From IMG/VR virus record IMGVR_UViG_3300008262_000114, positions 1-41,044 of that record: 41,044 bases of DNA; one strand, written 5' to 3'. Position 1 is the first letter of the stretch, and every line of letters starts with the position of its first letter. This document shows, piece after piece, positions 28,248 through 36,805 of this stretch. Source of the DNA: a virus (Duplodnaviria > Caudoviricetes). Both the position numbers and the translations under genes were made by a program. Under the pieces are notes generated by a model. It saw only the letters and a program-made list of their open reading frames with translations, ran no database searches and was not told where the DNA came from.

Positions 28248-28481
28248 ATGAATACCACCTACCCACACGTTAAATGTGAAATAATCAAGGCCTTCGACAA
28301 AGACCCCGAAGAACAAAATCTTATTATAAGCGCCCCTAAAAAGTTCTCAATCGTAAAGGTGACAACCGAAGATTCAGAGTTCGCGGGAAATAGCTTTATC
28401 ATCCATACCGCCAAGATCATCAAGAAAGACGACCAAAACATTGTCAATGAAAACGACCTTCTTGCCCAGTACGGAGTATAA
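28248..28481 (+). CDS. Divergent GroES-like protein, 77 aa
   Basis: C-terminal IVNENDLLA resembles GroES ILxExDILA; NLII in the mobile-loop position. Confidence 0.4.
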   Translation: MNTTYPHVKCEIIKAFDKDPEEQNLIISAPKKFSIVKVTTEDSEFAGNSFIIHTAKIIKKDDQNIVNENDLLAQYGV

Positions 28482-28959
28482 AGACTACCTCAAAGAATGT
28501 AGAAAATACGTCCTTGCCCTTGGTGAAAAGCAGTTTCCTATCGACAAAATCGGCTCTTTAATTGGTAAAGAAAACGCCCAAAACCTTAAATTTGCATCGG
28601 GAATAGTCAATCTATCTTTGCTGCAAGACGTTTTAGATAACTGTTCGGAGCGAAAAGTAGAAACGGGATTTAAGTACGAGAACAAAAAAGGGGTGGTAAA
28701 GCAGCGAGTTTCAGCTCAGATTTACGCTAAAGTAGTGGCCTTAAACTACGAGATCAGAATGAGCGACATGAGGATTAAGAAGAAAACCTTGTGGGAACTA
28801 CCCGAAATTGTTGAACTTTTACCCGACTTAAAAGAGAGAAAGAAGCACGTTGGAAGATTTGTGGGCGCAAAATGCGAGGGAGTAATCAATTATGAAATCT
28901 ATTTACAAATAAAATCATGCGTAATAAAATACTTATCGGTTCACTGGCCTTCGTTTTAA
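28447..28959 (+). CDS. Hypothetical basic protein, about 170 aa
   Basis: ATG at 28447; operon packing. Confidence 0.6.
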   Translation: MKTTFLPSTEYKDYLKECRKYVLALGEKQFPIDKIGSLIGKENAQNLKFASGIVNLSLLQDVLDNCSERKVETGFKYENKKGVVKQRVSAQIYAKVVALNYEIRMSDMRIKKKTLWELPEIVELLPDLKERKKHVGRFVGAKCEGVINYEIYLQIKSCVIKYLSVHWPSF

Positions 28960-29288
28960 TCGTGGCGCTATCTATACTTCACGTTTCCCATATACGGGGT
29001 AAAAACATCGAAGAAAGATTGAAGTACGAGAGCGAGGTTGCGGGGCTAAAAAAAGAAATTGAAACCCTAAACGCCAAGGAGCGAACAAAAGATTTGCTTA
29101 TTGATAGCATCCCTTTATGGAGAAAGCAAGACCAAGAGGCCTTAATTCGTGAATTAGAGGACATTCAAGACAACATTGACTACTACTCGGACGTTAAGAC
29201 GGCTTCACCGAGAAAGGTCGATAAAATGTACGACAAAGCCATTAAAGAACTTGTTGCTAAATACAAAAACGGAGGATTACAACCATGA
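28917..29288 (+). CDS. Membrane-anchored coiled-coil protein (possible spanin-like), 123 aa
   Basis: N-terminal TM helix then coiled coil. Confidence 0.55.
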   Translation: MRNKILIGSLAFVLIVALSILHVSHIRGKNIEERLKYESEVAGLKKEIETLNAKERTKDLLIDSIPLWRKQDQEALIRELEDIQDNIDYYSDVKTASPRKVDKMYDKAIKELVAKYKNGGLQP

Positions 29289-29695
29289 AAAATTTACTAT
29301 TACCACTTTTATTGCTTTTTTTTTGTCCAATAGTCGGACTTACCCAAACCGAAGAAGAAAAGCGCGCCATCATGGCGGCTAAAAACAAGATTGAAGCTGA
29401 TAGCGTTTCCCTATACTCCCGTAGTTCTCGAATCGCTGAGCAACGCAGACAAATGGAAGTCCTTGAAGGAGCATTAAGGGACGTTCACCGCACACTAGAA
29501 GTGTATGAGGTACTTGATAGCACCCGCGTTGGGCAAATACAAAGAGAGATTGATCTTCGCGTTAGTGCCGAGCAAAAAGCAAAAGAGGCTTTAGAAGCCG
29601 CGGATGAAGAAAAGAAAAAGAAAAAGACATGGCGTAAAGTATCAGTAGGATTAGCCATTGGGCTTGCTATTGAAACACTAATACTCTTTTTATAA
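29285..29695 (+). CDS. Exported coiled-coil protein with C-terminal TM anchor (possible spanin-like), 136 aa
   Basis: Signal peptide, coiled coil, KKKKKTWRK then hydrophobic tail. Confidence 0.55.
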   Translation: MKNLLLPLLLLFFCPIVGLTQTEEEKRAIMAAKNKIEADSVSLYSRSSRIAEQRRQMEVLEGALRDVHRTLEVYEVLDSTRVGQIQREIDLRVSAEQKAKEALEAADEEKKKKKTWRKVSVGLAIGLAIETLILFL

Positions 29696-30366
29696 TGGAC
29701 TTTAGCAGAATAAAATACCGAGTAGACCTACTCCCCGAAACAACAAAATGTATAGACGAGTTCCCCGATCTAGGCGACTTCGCTCACATATTCGATAGCG
29801 AAGAAGACTTGCCCAAAGACCAAAACGGAGTTGCACTTGTGGACAACGACAAAGCACTTCGGTACTTGATCTATATGTACGCCCCCAACTCTCCTTTACC
29901 GCTTCAAATCCCCGACCTTAATAAAAGAAAGCAATGGGCGCTAAAAGCAGTAAACGTAGAGGCTATGGATGAATCGGGAGAGGTCAACGATGGATGGAAG
30001 CAACTTTGCCTTTTATCCGAGGACTGGGCGGCTAAACGCTTTGTTTCCTTTTGCCTTATCCACGACAACGGCCACAAGCTAGTTGCTGAAACCAATTTGG
30101 CTGTAATGGCAAACGTAGCACAACGACTTTTAACGGGTTCTAGCACCGAGAAAGCGGCTGACTTAAAAAACCTTCGTGAGGAGTTAACAAAGGCGCAAGA
30201 AGCGTATCAAGAAGCCCTAGAAAAGTTGCTTATGAATGAGGCCGCGGCTAAAAACTTTGAATATGTAAGGTTTACTATCAACGCTCAAAACGCGGGTATA
30301 AGAATGGAAGATGCTATCAAGGCTTTTTCAGAGAGAAGAATGTTATATCCAACGATTATACCTTAA
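29695..30366 (+). CDS. Hypothetical protein, 223 aa
   Basis: Coupled start; helical; a small terminase role is possible but unsupported. Confidence 0.6.
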   Translation: MDFSRIKYRVDLLPETTKCIDEFPDLGDFAHIFDSEEDLPKDQNGVALVDNDKALRYLIYMYAPNSPLPLQIPDLNKRKQWALKAVNVEAMDESGEVNDGWKQLCLLSEDWAAKRFVSFCLIHDNGHKLVAETNLAVMANVAQRLLTGSSTEKAADLKNLREELTKAQEAYQEALEKLLMNEAAAKNFEYVRFTINAQNAGIRMEDAIKAFSERRMLYPTIIP

Positions 30367-30399
30367 CCTTTTTTGTGTTTAATCGCTTTTGTAATCGTA

Positions 30400-30407
30400 T
30401 ATATTTG
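30400..30407 (+). promoter_or_regulatory. -7 promoter element TATATTTG
   Basis: TAnnTTTG 22 nt before ATG 30430. Confidence 0.65.
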
Positions 30408-30429
30408 CGATGTTAAAATAAAAAATCAA

Positions 30430-30891
30430 ATGAATAGTTTGCTTTGTACAATAATCATTTGGGGTGGAATGTATTACGCAACACCCGAATGGATGAGCAA
30501 ACAAATACCAAAGTGTATGTGGAGCGAATATGAAATTTATATAGTTCCGTATGGCACACCACTTTCAAGTGTTAAAAAAAACATTGACCCCAAGACCACT
30601 GGACTGATAGGTTTTAGCGCGGGTGGATTAGACGTATTAAAAAACTACAATAAGAATTACGCCTTTATTGGATTGATAGACCCTAGCACAAAGCAAATAC
30701 ATTCCAAAATAGACTATGGTTCAAATACCTTTATGGTTTACAACAATAAAAATTGGGGCAGCATTAACCCCTCTCTAAAAAAAGTGTCTGACCAAATAAA
30801 CAACACTGGAGGAAAGTCAACACTTGTAAATTTAGGCCATTCTAGTATTCCAAAATACTTTTTTGAGCGTCACTTCAAAACAAAACAATAA
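30430..30891 (+). CDS. Small alpha/beta-hydrolase-like protein, 153 aa
   Basis: GLIGFSAGG (GxSxG elbow), LIDP, C-terminal GH; start moved to ATG 30430. Confidence 0.6.
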   Translation: MNSLLCTIIIWGGMYYATPEWMSKQIPKCMWSEYEIYIVPYGTPLSSVKKNIDPKTTGLIGFSAGGLDVLKNYNKNYAFIGLIDPSTKQIHSKIDYGSNTFMVYNNKNWGSINPSLKKVSDQINNTGGKSTLVNLGHSSIPKYFFERHFKTKQ

Positions 30892-30894
30892 AAT

Positions 30895-30956
30895 AACCGT
30901 GAAGCGGAAGTACCCAACTACTTATCATAGCTTAGTTGCCGCTTCGGGTTGTTTTT
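30895..30956 (+). terminator. Extended hairpin with U-rich tail (terminator or structured RNA)
   Basis: GAAGCGG/CCGCTTC and CAACTA/TAGTTG stems followed by GTTTTT. Confidence 0.5.
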
Positions 30957-30974
30957 CAAACACATAACACACAC

Positions 30975-31514
30975 ATGACCGAACAACAACAAGCATTAAG
31001 AGAAACAAACAACCTTCTCCAATGCCTTATTTTATCACAACTTCAAGTCTACATCATAGACGAAATTCAAAACGACAACAAGTTTTGGCAACAAGAAGTC
31101 AAGTTTCATTCATCCGCGCTATCAAAAGCCATCGTAAAAAAGCATGGGGCGCACATAAACAGACTCTTTGAGGTCAAGGAAGGTGAATACGTGGGTGACG
31201 TGACAAACATTGTTGACGAGCTTATAAAGAAGCTAGCAAAGGCATCTATTCAGCAGTTCGGGGCAATAAGCGAGTTCCTAGACATAGTTATTGAGAACCC
31301 CGCTATCACAATCTCTGAGGAGGAAAAAGACACATTGATTAAGTCGCAAGCAGTTCTAATCAACGAGTTGTCACAAAAGGTTGCCTCGGCACGTTTCGCG
31401 GCTAAAACATTGTCAGAGAAAGTAAACAACGAGTTCAAACCGAACACCCCTTCGGTTATTTCAGAAGTAGTAAGTGTTGAGTTATCAAAGATCATTGATA
31501 AACTAAAGGCTTAA
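30975..31514 (+). CDS. Hypothetical helical protein, about 179 aa
   Basis: ATG at 30975 after an ACAC-rich leader. Confidence 0.65.
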   Translation: MTEQQQALRETNNLLQCLILSQLQVYIIDEIQNDNKFWQQEVKFHSSALSKAIVKKHGAHINRLFEVKEGEYVGDVTNIVDELIKKLAKASIQQFGAISEFLDIVIENPAITISEEEKDTLIKSQAVLINELSQKVASARFAAKTLSEKVNNEFKPNTPSVISEVVSVELSKIIDKLKA

Positions 31515-33946
31515 ACCTCATAGGTAGGGAAAATACTATCAATAAAGGTTTGCTCCTCCTCCTCTTTAAGCATAGACATGTGCAAACTCTTTGAGCCTTT
31601 GAACGCCCATCCACTACCCGCGGCCAAATCTCGGTTAGTAAGGTCGTCAATACCTCTTAGTCGCACCCAATCCTCGATAATTTCGGGGTGATTCTCATAC
31701 TCCACGTTTTGGTGGAAGTAAGTCATCATATCTTTGAACATATCTTGCTTGTTAGGCTCGGTAGCGTGAACACCCGCAGTCTTTTCAAAAGTACCATCGG
31801 GGGACACGTTATGAAGAAGGAAATTATACAACTTCTCTCTTTGTAGAAATTGCAAGAAGTTAGGCTCGCTTATTTCGGGGTATGCCATTGCGCTAAAGAA
31901 TAACATAGCTTTTATCCCGTCCCAAGCATATTCATCAACCGAGTCGCAATAGTTGTTGTATGAGGCCACAAACTTGTTACTCACCCATTTCTCTCTTGGT
32001 ATATCCGCATGATCTCGAATAGGATCATAGGCATAGAAGATAGCGTGAGAACCTTTGGACTTTTTACCCCCGCTATGGTTCATCTTGTTAAACCTAAACG
32101 GGTCACTTCCCATGTAAAACTTGCCTTGTAGCCTTGGGTCGGGCATCAAATATCCACTTGAAGGGTCAAGAAAGAATTGGCTATTAACCCCTGCGGGTAA
32201 ATGCAATGAAACGTACCACTTTCCACTTTCTTCGTTGTCTACAAACCTTACTCTACCATACGTTCCCGTTACCCACTCAAAATCACCTCGCTTGTAGCCA
32301 CTATAAGGATCATCTTTGAGTTGTTTAATCCTATTGGCCATACGAATAGTCGGGAAACCATTATCCTCTCTATCTTCCTCCCAAACTTCCTCAAAGTATC
32401 TAGGGTATAAATGCTTCTGCTCGACAATACCTTTCATATCACCAGCTTCTTCTAGTGCCTTGATCTGATTGTCAAAGTAAGACCTTGACCCTTGTGTGAT
32501 CGGCCTACCTACTCCGTCAACAATCGGTTCTATCGGATCATCTACAACATCATCCCCGTACTCGTCAATAAAGTCGGGTTGCCCGTGGTACGCGGATAAA
32601 AAGAAATTCACTTGACCACTTAGTGTAGTCCCATTGTCTGATCTATTGGCATAGTGAGAACGATCTGAAAGTTCTTTCCCTTCATTACCCCCTTCTTTCA
32701 TCTTAGGAACGGTAGAGGCAAGAGCCATAAGACCTATGTACCTTGTACCTCCGTCCATCAAACACTTGGAAGATACCGCAAGCCATTCGTTTATCTCTGA
32801 CGATGCTTTACCTTTAGGAACTTTGAGAAATTCATCTTTGGTCATAAAGTATTGGCGCGTTCCATCAACGGCAGTATGGTGATTACCAATCATACGGATA
32901 GATGAATTGATAGGCGGAGGGAGTTGCCCCGCTTTCCATAGTGCCTTTTGTTCGGGCTTATAGTCAAACACAACCCTATTGGCCACATTTTGATTCTCTC
33001 TTGCCCTCGAAGGACACATAAAGAACGGAATATTATCTAGGATAGGAACTACCTTGGTCTTGAATAGTTCCCCTACCGAATCTTCCGTTAAACCCGATAC
33101 CGTTGTATTCCTATTGGGCGCTTCGGTGGCCACGCAGAACTGAGCGCAGTTAAGTACGGCAGTAAGACCATGACGCCTTGCCTTATAATAGTTGCCGCCA
33201 AGAACCGTTCTCTTGCCCATATCGACAATAAAATACTGATTGAGGTTTTTGGTAAACGACACCCCTCTCGCGGCTAAAGAAGAACAAAAGTTCATTACTG
33301 AATCGTAAGAGTTAAAGTATCTCTTTACTGTCTTTCCCTCGTCCTTATACATCACTTTATGCTTGAACACACCATCTTGTGTGGTATAACACCATTCAAG
33401 GGAATGAAACACGCGGCAGTGAAAATCTCTAAAGTCGGGCCTAGAGTTATTCTTTCCCTCGTTCTCAATAGACCAATAGTTAAAGAACATGTAACCCCAA
33501 CTATTTATGTAAGTCGGCTGCCCCTTTTTGTAAAACCAATAACCATAAAACCTTCTCTTTATCTCGCGCTGAATCCAAACAATTTCCTTTTCGTAGTGAA
33601 ACGGGTTATTGTCAAGCTCTTGGTAAATGTCATCCACCGACACTTGCTCGATCTTTTTTCCCATTTTCTGAGAAACGACCGAGTGTATGTTTTGAATCTT
33701 CTCTGGTATCACCGCGTGGGTGAACTTTTGATCCTTTATAGGCAAGTCATATCCATCCACGTATGTAAGTGCTTCATCGCGGCTAACCTCTCTACCTAGA
33801 ATTTTAGAATACCACTCCTCTACCGAGGGAAGCGGAATACGGATAGTATCGATCTTTGGATCATCTTCGTGAAAGACAATCTCCCTTCTCTCAGGCAGTA
33901 CCCACGAGTTGTCTACGTCTGATACGAAAAAGCTGTCTTGATTCAT
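31511..33946 (-). CDS. terL: Terminase large subunit
   Basis: Walker A-like KARRHGLT, Walker B-like FMTKDE, AST, nuclease GSDPF and NRDLA; RRFYGYWFYKKGQPTYI as in crAss-like terminases; ATG 33946 preferred to GTG 33982. Confidence 0.88.
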   Translation of the reverse strand: MNQDSFFVSDVDNSWVLPERREIVFHEDDPKIDTIRIPLPSVEEWYSKILGREVSRDEALTYVDGYDLPIKDQKFTHAVIPEKIQNIHSVVSQKMGKKIEQVSVDDIYQELDNNPFHYEKEIVWIQREIKRRFYGYWFYKKGQPTYINSWGYMFFNYWSIENEGKNNSRPDFRDFHCRVFHSLEWCYTTQDGVFKHKVMYKDEGKTVKRYFNSYDSVMNFCSSLAARGVSFTKNLNQYFIVDMGKRTVLGGNYYKARRHGLTAVLNCAQFCVATEAPNRNTTVSGLTEDSVGELFKTKVVPILDNIPFFMCPSRARENQNVANRVVFDYKPEQKALWKAGQLPPPINSSIRMIGNHHTAVDGTRQYFMTKDEFLKVPKGKASSEINEWLAVSSKCLMDGGTRYIGLMALASTVPKMKEGGNEGKELSDRSHYANRSDNGTTLSGQVNFFLSAYHGQPDFIDEYGDDVVDDPIEPIVDGVGRPITQGSRSYFDNQIKALEEAGDMKGIVEQKHLYPRYFEEVWEEDREDNGFPTIRMANRIKQLKDDPYSGYKRGDFEWVTGTYGRVRFVDNEESGKWYVSLHLPAGVNSQFFLDPSSGYLMPDPRLQGKFYMGSDPFRFNKMNHSGGKKSKGSHAIFYAYDPIRDHADIPREKWVSNKFVASYNNYCDSVDEYAWDGIKAMLFFSAMAYPEISEPNFLQFLQREKLYNFLLHNVSPDGTFEKTAGVHATEPNKQDMFKDMMTYFHQNVEYENHPEIIEDWVRLRGIDDLTNRDLAAGSGWAFKGSKSLHMSMLKEEEEQTFIDSIFPTYEV

Positions 33947-34538
33947 AGTGATCTTGAATAGGAATAATGGTGTCTTGTGCACAAATGGCTATCTTTCCTT
34001 TCTCTACCCAAGGCGCGGGTAAACCCGAAAGGTACGTCACATTCTTTGGACAATCGGCTTCTACTAAAATTCGATCTCTATAATACTCTTTGTTGATTTG
34101 CAAAAAGTGTTGTGGCTTTTCAATTATCGAACCTATTACAAAGTCATTGCAAGAAATAAGTTCTCCGTTCCTGTCAGCCATATAGATAGCACCAAACGGA
34201 ACAAGCAATACTTTACCATCTTCGGTTTCATATAAGGTCTGATAAGTCGCCTTTTCGCTTCTTCCTGTTATTCTACCATGCCCCGCTGAGTAGAGTTTAT
34301 CAAAATAAACCTTATCGCCCACCTCTAAATTCATTTCAGCAGTAACCCCGTGATTGTGAACGTCAGTCATTGTTTCGGGTAAGGCTACCACCACCCCGTG
34401 GGTGACGGCTAAAGACTCCTCTCCCGACTTGCTTGTTGTTTCAAGGTCTAGTTTAAGACTACCATATTCTATTTTATCCCTTACTATGTAGGGTATCTTT
34501 ATGGCGACAAAGGAGTTAAGAGTTCGTATTTTTTCCAT
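33891..34538 (-). CDS. GroES-like co-chaperonin, probably two tandem domains, 215 aa
   Basis: IRTLNSFVAIK...HGVVVALP...LEVGDKVYF...LLVPFGAIY, then a second degenerate copy. Confidence 0.65.
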   Translation of the reverse strand: MEKIRTLNSFVAIKIPYIVRDKIEYGSLKLDLETTSKSGEESLAVTHGVVVALPETMTDVHNHGVTAEMNLEVGDKVYFDKLYSAGHGRITGRSEKATYQTLYETEDGKVLLVPFGAIYMADRNGELISCNDFVIGSIIEKPQHFLQINKEYYRDRILVEADCPKNVTYLSGLPAPWVEKGKIAICAQDTIIPIQDHYESRQLFRIRRRQLVGTA

Positions 34539-35080
34539 CGTGTTATGTGTGTGTTTCGTGTTAGTGGCCGTCTTTTTTGGTAAACGCCATCACCAGTTCT
34601 TGAATCTCTATCGCCCGCATCATTGGTGTTTCCTTCTATGGAAACTACGGATGATCTATAAAGCCGTTTAACTATCCCTACGTGACCAATACCCTTGTAC
34701 CTAGACTTGTCGTTTTTGAACTTGTCATAAGATAGGCTCATAGTCATTACATCATCTTTCCCGTAAGTCTGTTTATACTCTCCATCGGTAAAGATAACGT
34801 CTTTTTTATTGTAAGAGGTAGGTGACCACCCCGTAATTGAGTGAATTATTCCACAAGCGTTAAACCATTTGATTACAGAATAGGCGCACCACGCATGACC
34901 GCGCCTCCACCCCGCATCCCTCATGTCAAGTTCAAAATCCCAATCGGTAAAACCTTGATTGTTACCTCCATTTTCGTCTATACCAATATCGGTAATAGCA
35001 TCCTCAACCGCGCAATTGTATGGTAGACAAATCGCGGGTAAAAGCAAAAACAATATTATTAGGAGTTTTTTCACTTTCAC
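34499..35080 (-). CDS. CHAP-domain endolysin with N-terminal signal/anchor, 193 aa
   Basis: AWCAYSV (Cys), GHVGIV (His), IEGNT. Confidence 0.88.
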   Translation of the reverse strand: MKVKKLLIILFLLLPAICLPYNCAVEDAITDIGIDENGGNNQGFTDWDFELDMRDAGWRRGHAWCAYSVIKWFNACGIIHSITGWSPTSYNKKDVIFTDGEYKQTYGKDDVMTMSLSYDKFKNDKSRYKGIGHVGIVKRLYRSSVVSIEGNTNDAGDRDSRTGDGVYQKRRPLTRNTHITRWKKYELLTPLSP

Positions 35081-35128
35081 AAAAGTAGTTAAAAGACAAA
35101 CATAAATACAAAATGTAGCCTAATTTCG
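35078..35128. promoter_or_regulatory. Divergent promoters: TACTTTTG (minus, 35087-35080) and near-consensus TAATTTCG (plus, 35121-35128)
   Basis: Minus copy matches 10575-10591 at 16 of 17 nt; implies the endolysin start may be GTG 35074. Confidence 0.55.
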
Positions 35129-35134
35129 CAAATA

Positions 35135-36178
35135 ATGACACACATTGGACTATTCGAAGGCATTGGAGGCTTCTCGCTTGCCGCACGTTGGGCAGGTTGG
35201 GAAACAATAGCTTGGTGCGAATGGAATGAGTTTGGCCAAAAAGTATTGCGCCATCACTTTCCCGAAGCAACTGGTCACGGAGATATAACAAAAACAGACT
35301 TTACTATTTATGCAAACAAAATTGATATTCTCACCGGAGGTTTTCCTTGTCAGCCCTACTCAACAGCAGGAAAACGGCTCGGAAAAGATGATGAACGCCA
35401 CTTGTGGCCCGAAATGCTTAGAGCAATTCGAGAGATTCAACCGCGTTGGGTCGTGGGCGAAAATGTACGCGGCCTTGTTAATTGGAACGGGGGAATGGTA
35501 TTCGACGAGGTGCAAGCTGACTTGGAGGCTTGTGGGTACGAAGTCCTCCCGTTTATACTTCCAGCTTGTGCCAAAGACGCTCCCCACCGAAGGGATCGAG
35601 TTTGGTTTGTTGCCCACGCCAAAGGCAACAGAAATAGAGGAGGATTACACGGAATGGAGAGCGCGAATGGTAGCGAGTGGAAACCCAAAGAACGTGGGCA
35701 AAACAACAACGAACATTGGAACGATGGCACGGTCGGGATTATTGCCGACACCGTCAACAACGGATTGGAACACCCCATTCAGCCAAGAACAAAAGACGAA
35801 GTTTTTAGAGAGGAGGAAGCAAGAAGGCAAAACAGCAGTACCGAGCAGTTTGAATCAATTGAGACAAATGGCTTACGAGGGATTGATGCCGACACCAACA
35901 TTACAAGAGTATACAAACAGCACCTTGCCTCCAAGTCAAATCAAAAGACAAAATATAGCGGGGCATCTTTTGAGGCAAGGGATTTCAGCTCATTCCCAAC
36001 TCAACCCCCAGTTTGTGGAGGAAATGATGGGATTCCCCGAAAATTGGACTCTATTACCTTTTCTAAATGGAGAAACGAATCAATCAAAGCCTACGGAAAC
36101 GCAATAGTGCCGCAAGTTGCCTATGAGATTTTTAAGGCAATCAACGCTTATGAAGTAAACCAAAGATCGCTAAAATAG
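35135..36178 (+). CDS. DNA cytosine-C5 methyltransferase, alpha-type chain (motifs I-VIII and X), 347 aa
   Basis: FEGIGG, GFPCQ, ENV, RDRVW, YGNAIVPQVA; no motif IX in this frame. Confidence 0.93.
   Translation: MTHIGLFEGIGGFSLAARWAGWETIAWCEWNEFGQKVLRHHFPEATGHGDITKTDFTIYANKIDILTGGFPCQPYSTAGKRLGKDDERHLWPEMLRAIREIQPRWVVGENVRGLVNWNGGMVFDEVQADLEACGYEVLPFILPACAKDAPHRRDRVWFVAHAKGNRNRGGLHGMESANGSEWKPKERGQNNNEHWNDGTVGIIADTVNNGLEHPIQPRTKDEVFREEEARRQNSSTEQFESIETNGLRGIDADTNITRVYKQHLASKSNQKTKYSGASFEARDFSSFPTQPPVCGGNDGIPRKLDSITFSKWRNESIKAYGNAIVPQVAYEIFKAINAYEVNQRSLK
35310..36107 (+). CDS. Alternative-frame methyltransferase beta-type chain (TRD-like repeats and motif IX), 265 aa
   Basis: Nested +1 frame; LLPTP, LLPTP, LMPTP repeats; LNPQFVEEMMGFPENWT is motif IX-like. 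Confidence 0.8.
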   Translation: MQTKLIFSPEVFLVSPTQQQENGSEKMMNATCGPKCLEQFERFNRVGSWAKMYAALLIGTGEWYSTRCKLTWRLVGTKSSRLYFQLVPKTLPTEGIEFGLLPTPKATEIEEDYTEWRARMVASGNPKNVGKTTTNIGTMARSGLLPTPSTTDWNTPFSQEQKTKFLERRKQEGKTAVPSSLNQLRQMAYEGLMPTPTLQEYTNSTLPPSQIKRQNIAGHLLRQGISAHSQLNPQFVEEMMGFPENWTLLPFLNGETNQSKPTETQ

Positions 36179-36525
36179 ATGAACAAGAACAATCCAATAA
36201 GCAAATAAACGAAGTAAACCGACAAATAGACCAAAATCCGAGTCAAAGCACTTGCACCTTGCCTATGAAGATCAATAGAGGACTGCTCAGAGTAAAAATA
36301 TCTTTGTAACCACCTTTGGTTTAAGTTACACCCAAGATAAGCAATAGTATTCAAACACACCATAACAAGGGCCACCATGAAAAGCGGCTGAACATACTCT
36401 AAGGATAGTATAGGTTCTCCGAAGTATCTGTTGAGTGCCATATTACCTCCAATGAGGATGATAAATGACACTGGTATTGACCAAATGCCATCATTGCGTT
36501 CAAGGTAGGATAATATTTTTTTCAT
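36148..36525 (-). CDS. Membrane protein with three TM segments (holin/antiholin-like), 125 aa
   Basis: Hydrophobic segments; co-oriented with the endolysin. Confidence 0.6.
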   Translation of the reverse strand: MKKILSYLERNDGIWSIPVSFIILIGGNMALNRYFGEPILSLEYVQPLFMVALVMVCLNTIAYLGCNLNQRWLQRYFYSEQSSIDLHRQGASALTRILVYLSVYFVYLLIGLFLFIYFSDLWFTS

Positions 36526-36727
36526 TTCTCTTGTTTTCTATTTGTATTCTACGTTTCTCCTCGCGTTTAATAAGGATGTCATAGAAATTCTTTATAATGA
36601 GCGTAACACCAACAAGCGAGGCTATCACTACGTGAATGGTGTTGCCCCATCCCGCAATTCCAACGCCTATAATAGTGGCTAAGTCGACACACGTATCAAC
36701 TGCCTTGTCCGATATGGATATTTGCAT
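36500..36727 (-). CDS. Putative holin, 75 aa
   Basis: One to two TM segments and highly charged C-terminus. Confidence 0.55.
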   Translation of the reverse strand: MQISISDKAVDTCVDLATIIGVGIAGWGNTIHVVIASLVGVTLIIKNFYDILIKREEKRRIQIENKRNEKNIILP

Positions 36728-36747
36728 TGCTCATTATTATAATACTA

Positions 36748-36798
36748 CAAAATTAGCATATTTTGGCTTTACAAACCAAAAACAATTACATAGATTTG
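36748..36798. promoter_or_regulatory. Divergent promoter pair: TAATTTTG (minus, 36755-36748) and TAGATTTG (plus, 36791-36798)
   Basis: Exact TAnnTTTG matches facing adjacent genes. Confidence 0.7.
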
Positions 36799-36805
36799 CT
36801 TCATT

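Noticed and set aside
31511-33982. Intein or intron in terminase, given its length
   Set aside because: No C...HN splice motifs, no homing endonuclease motif, frame uninterrupted
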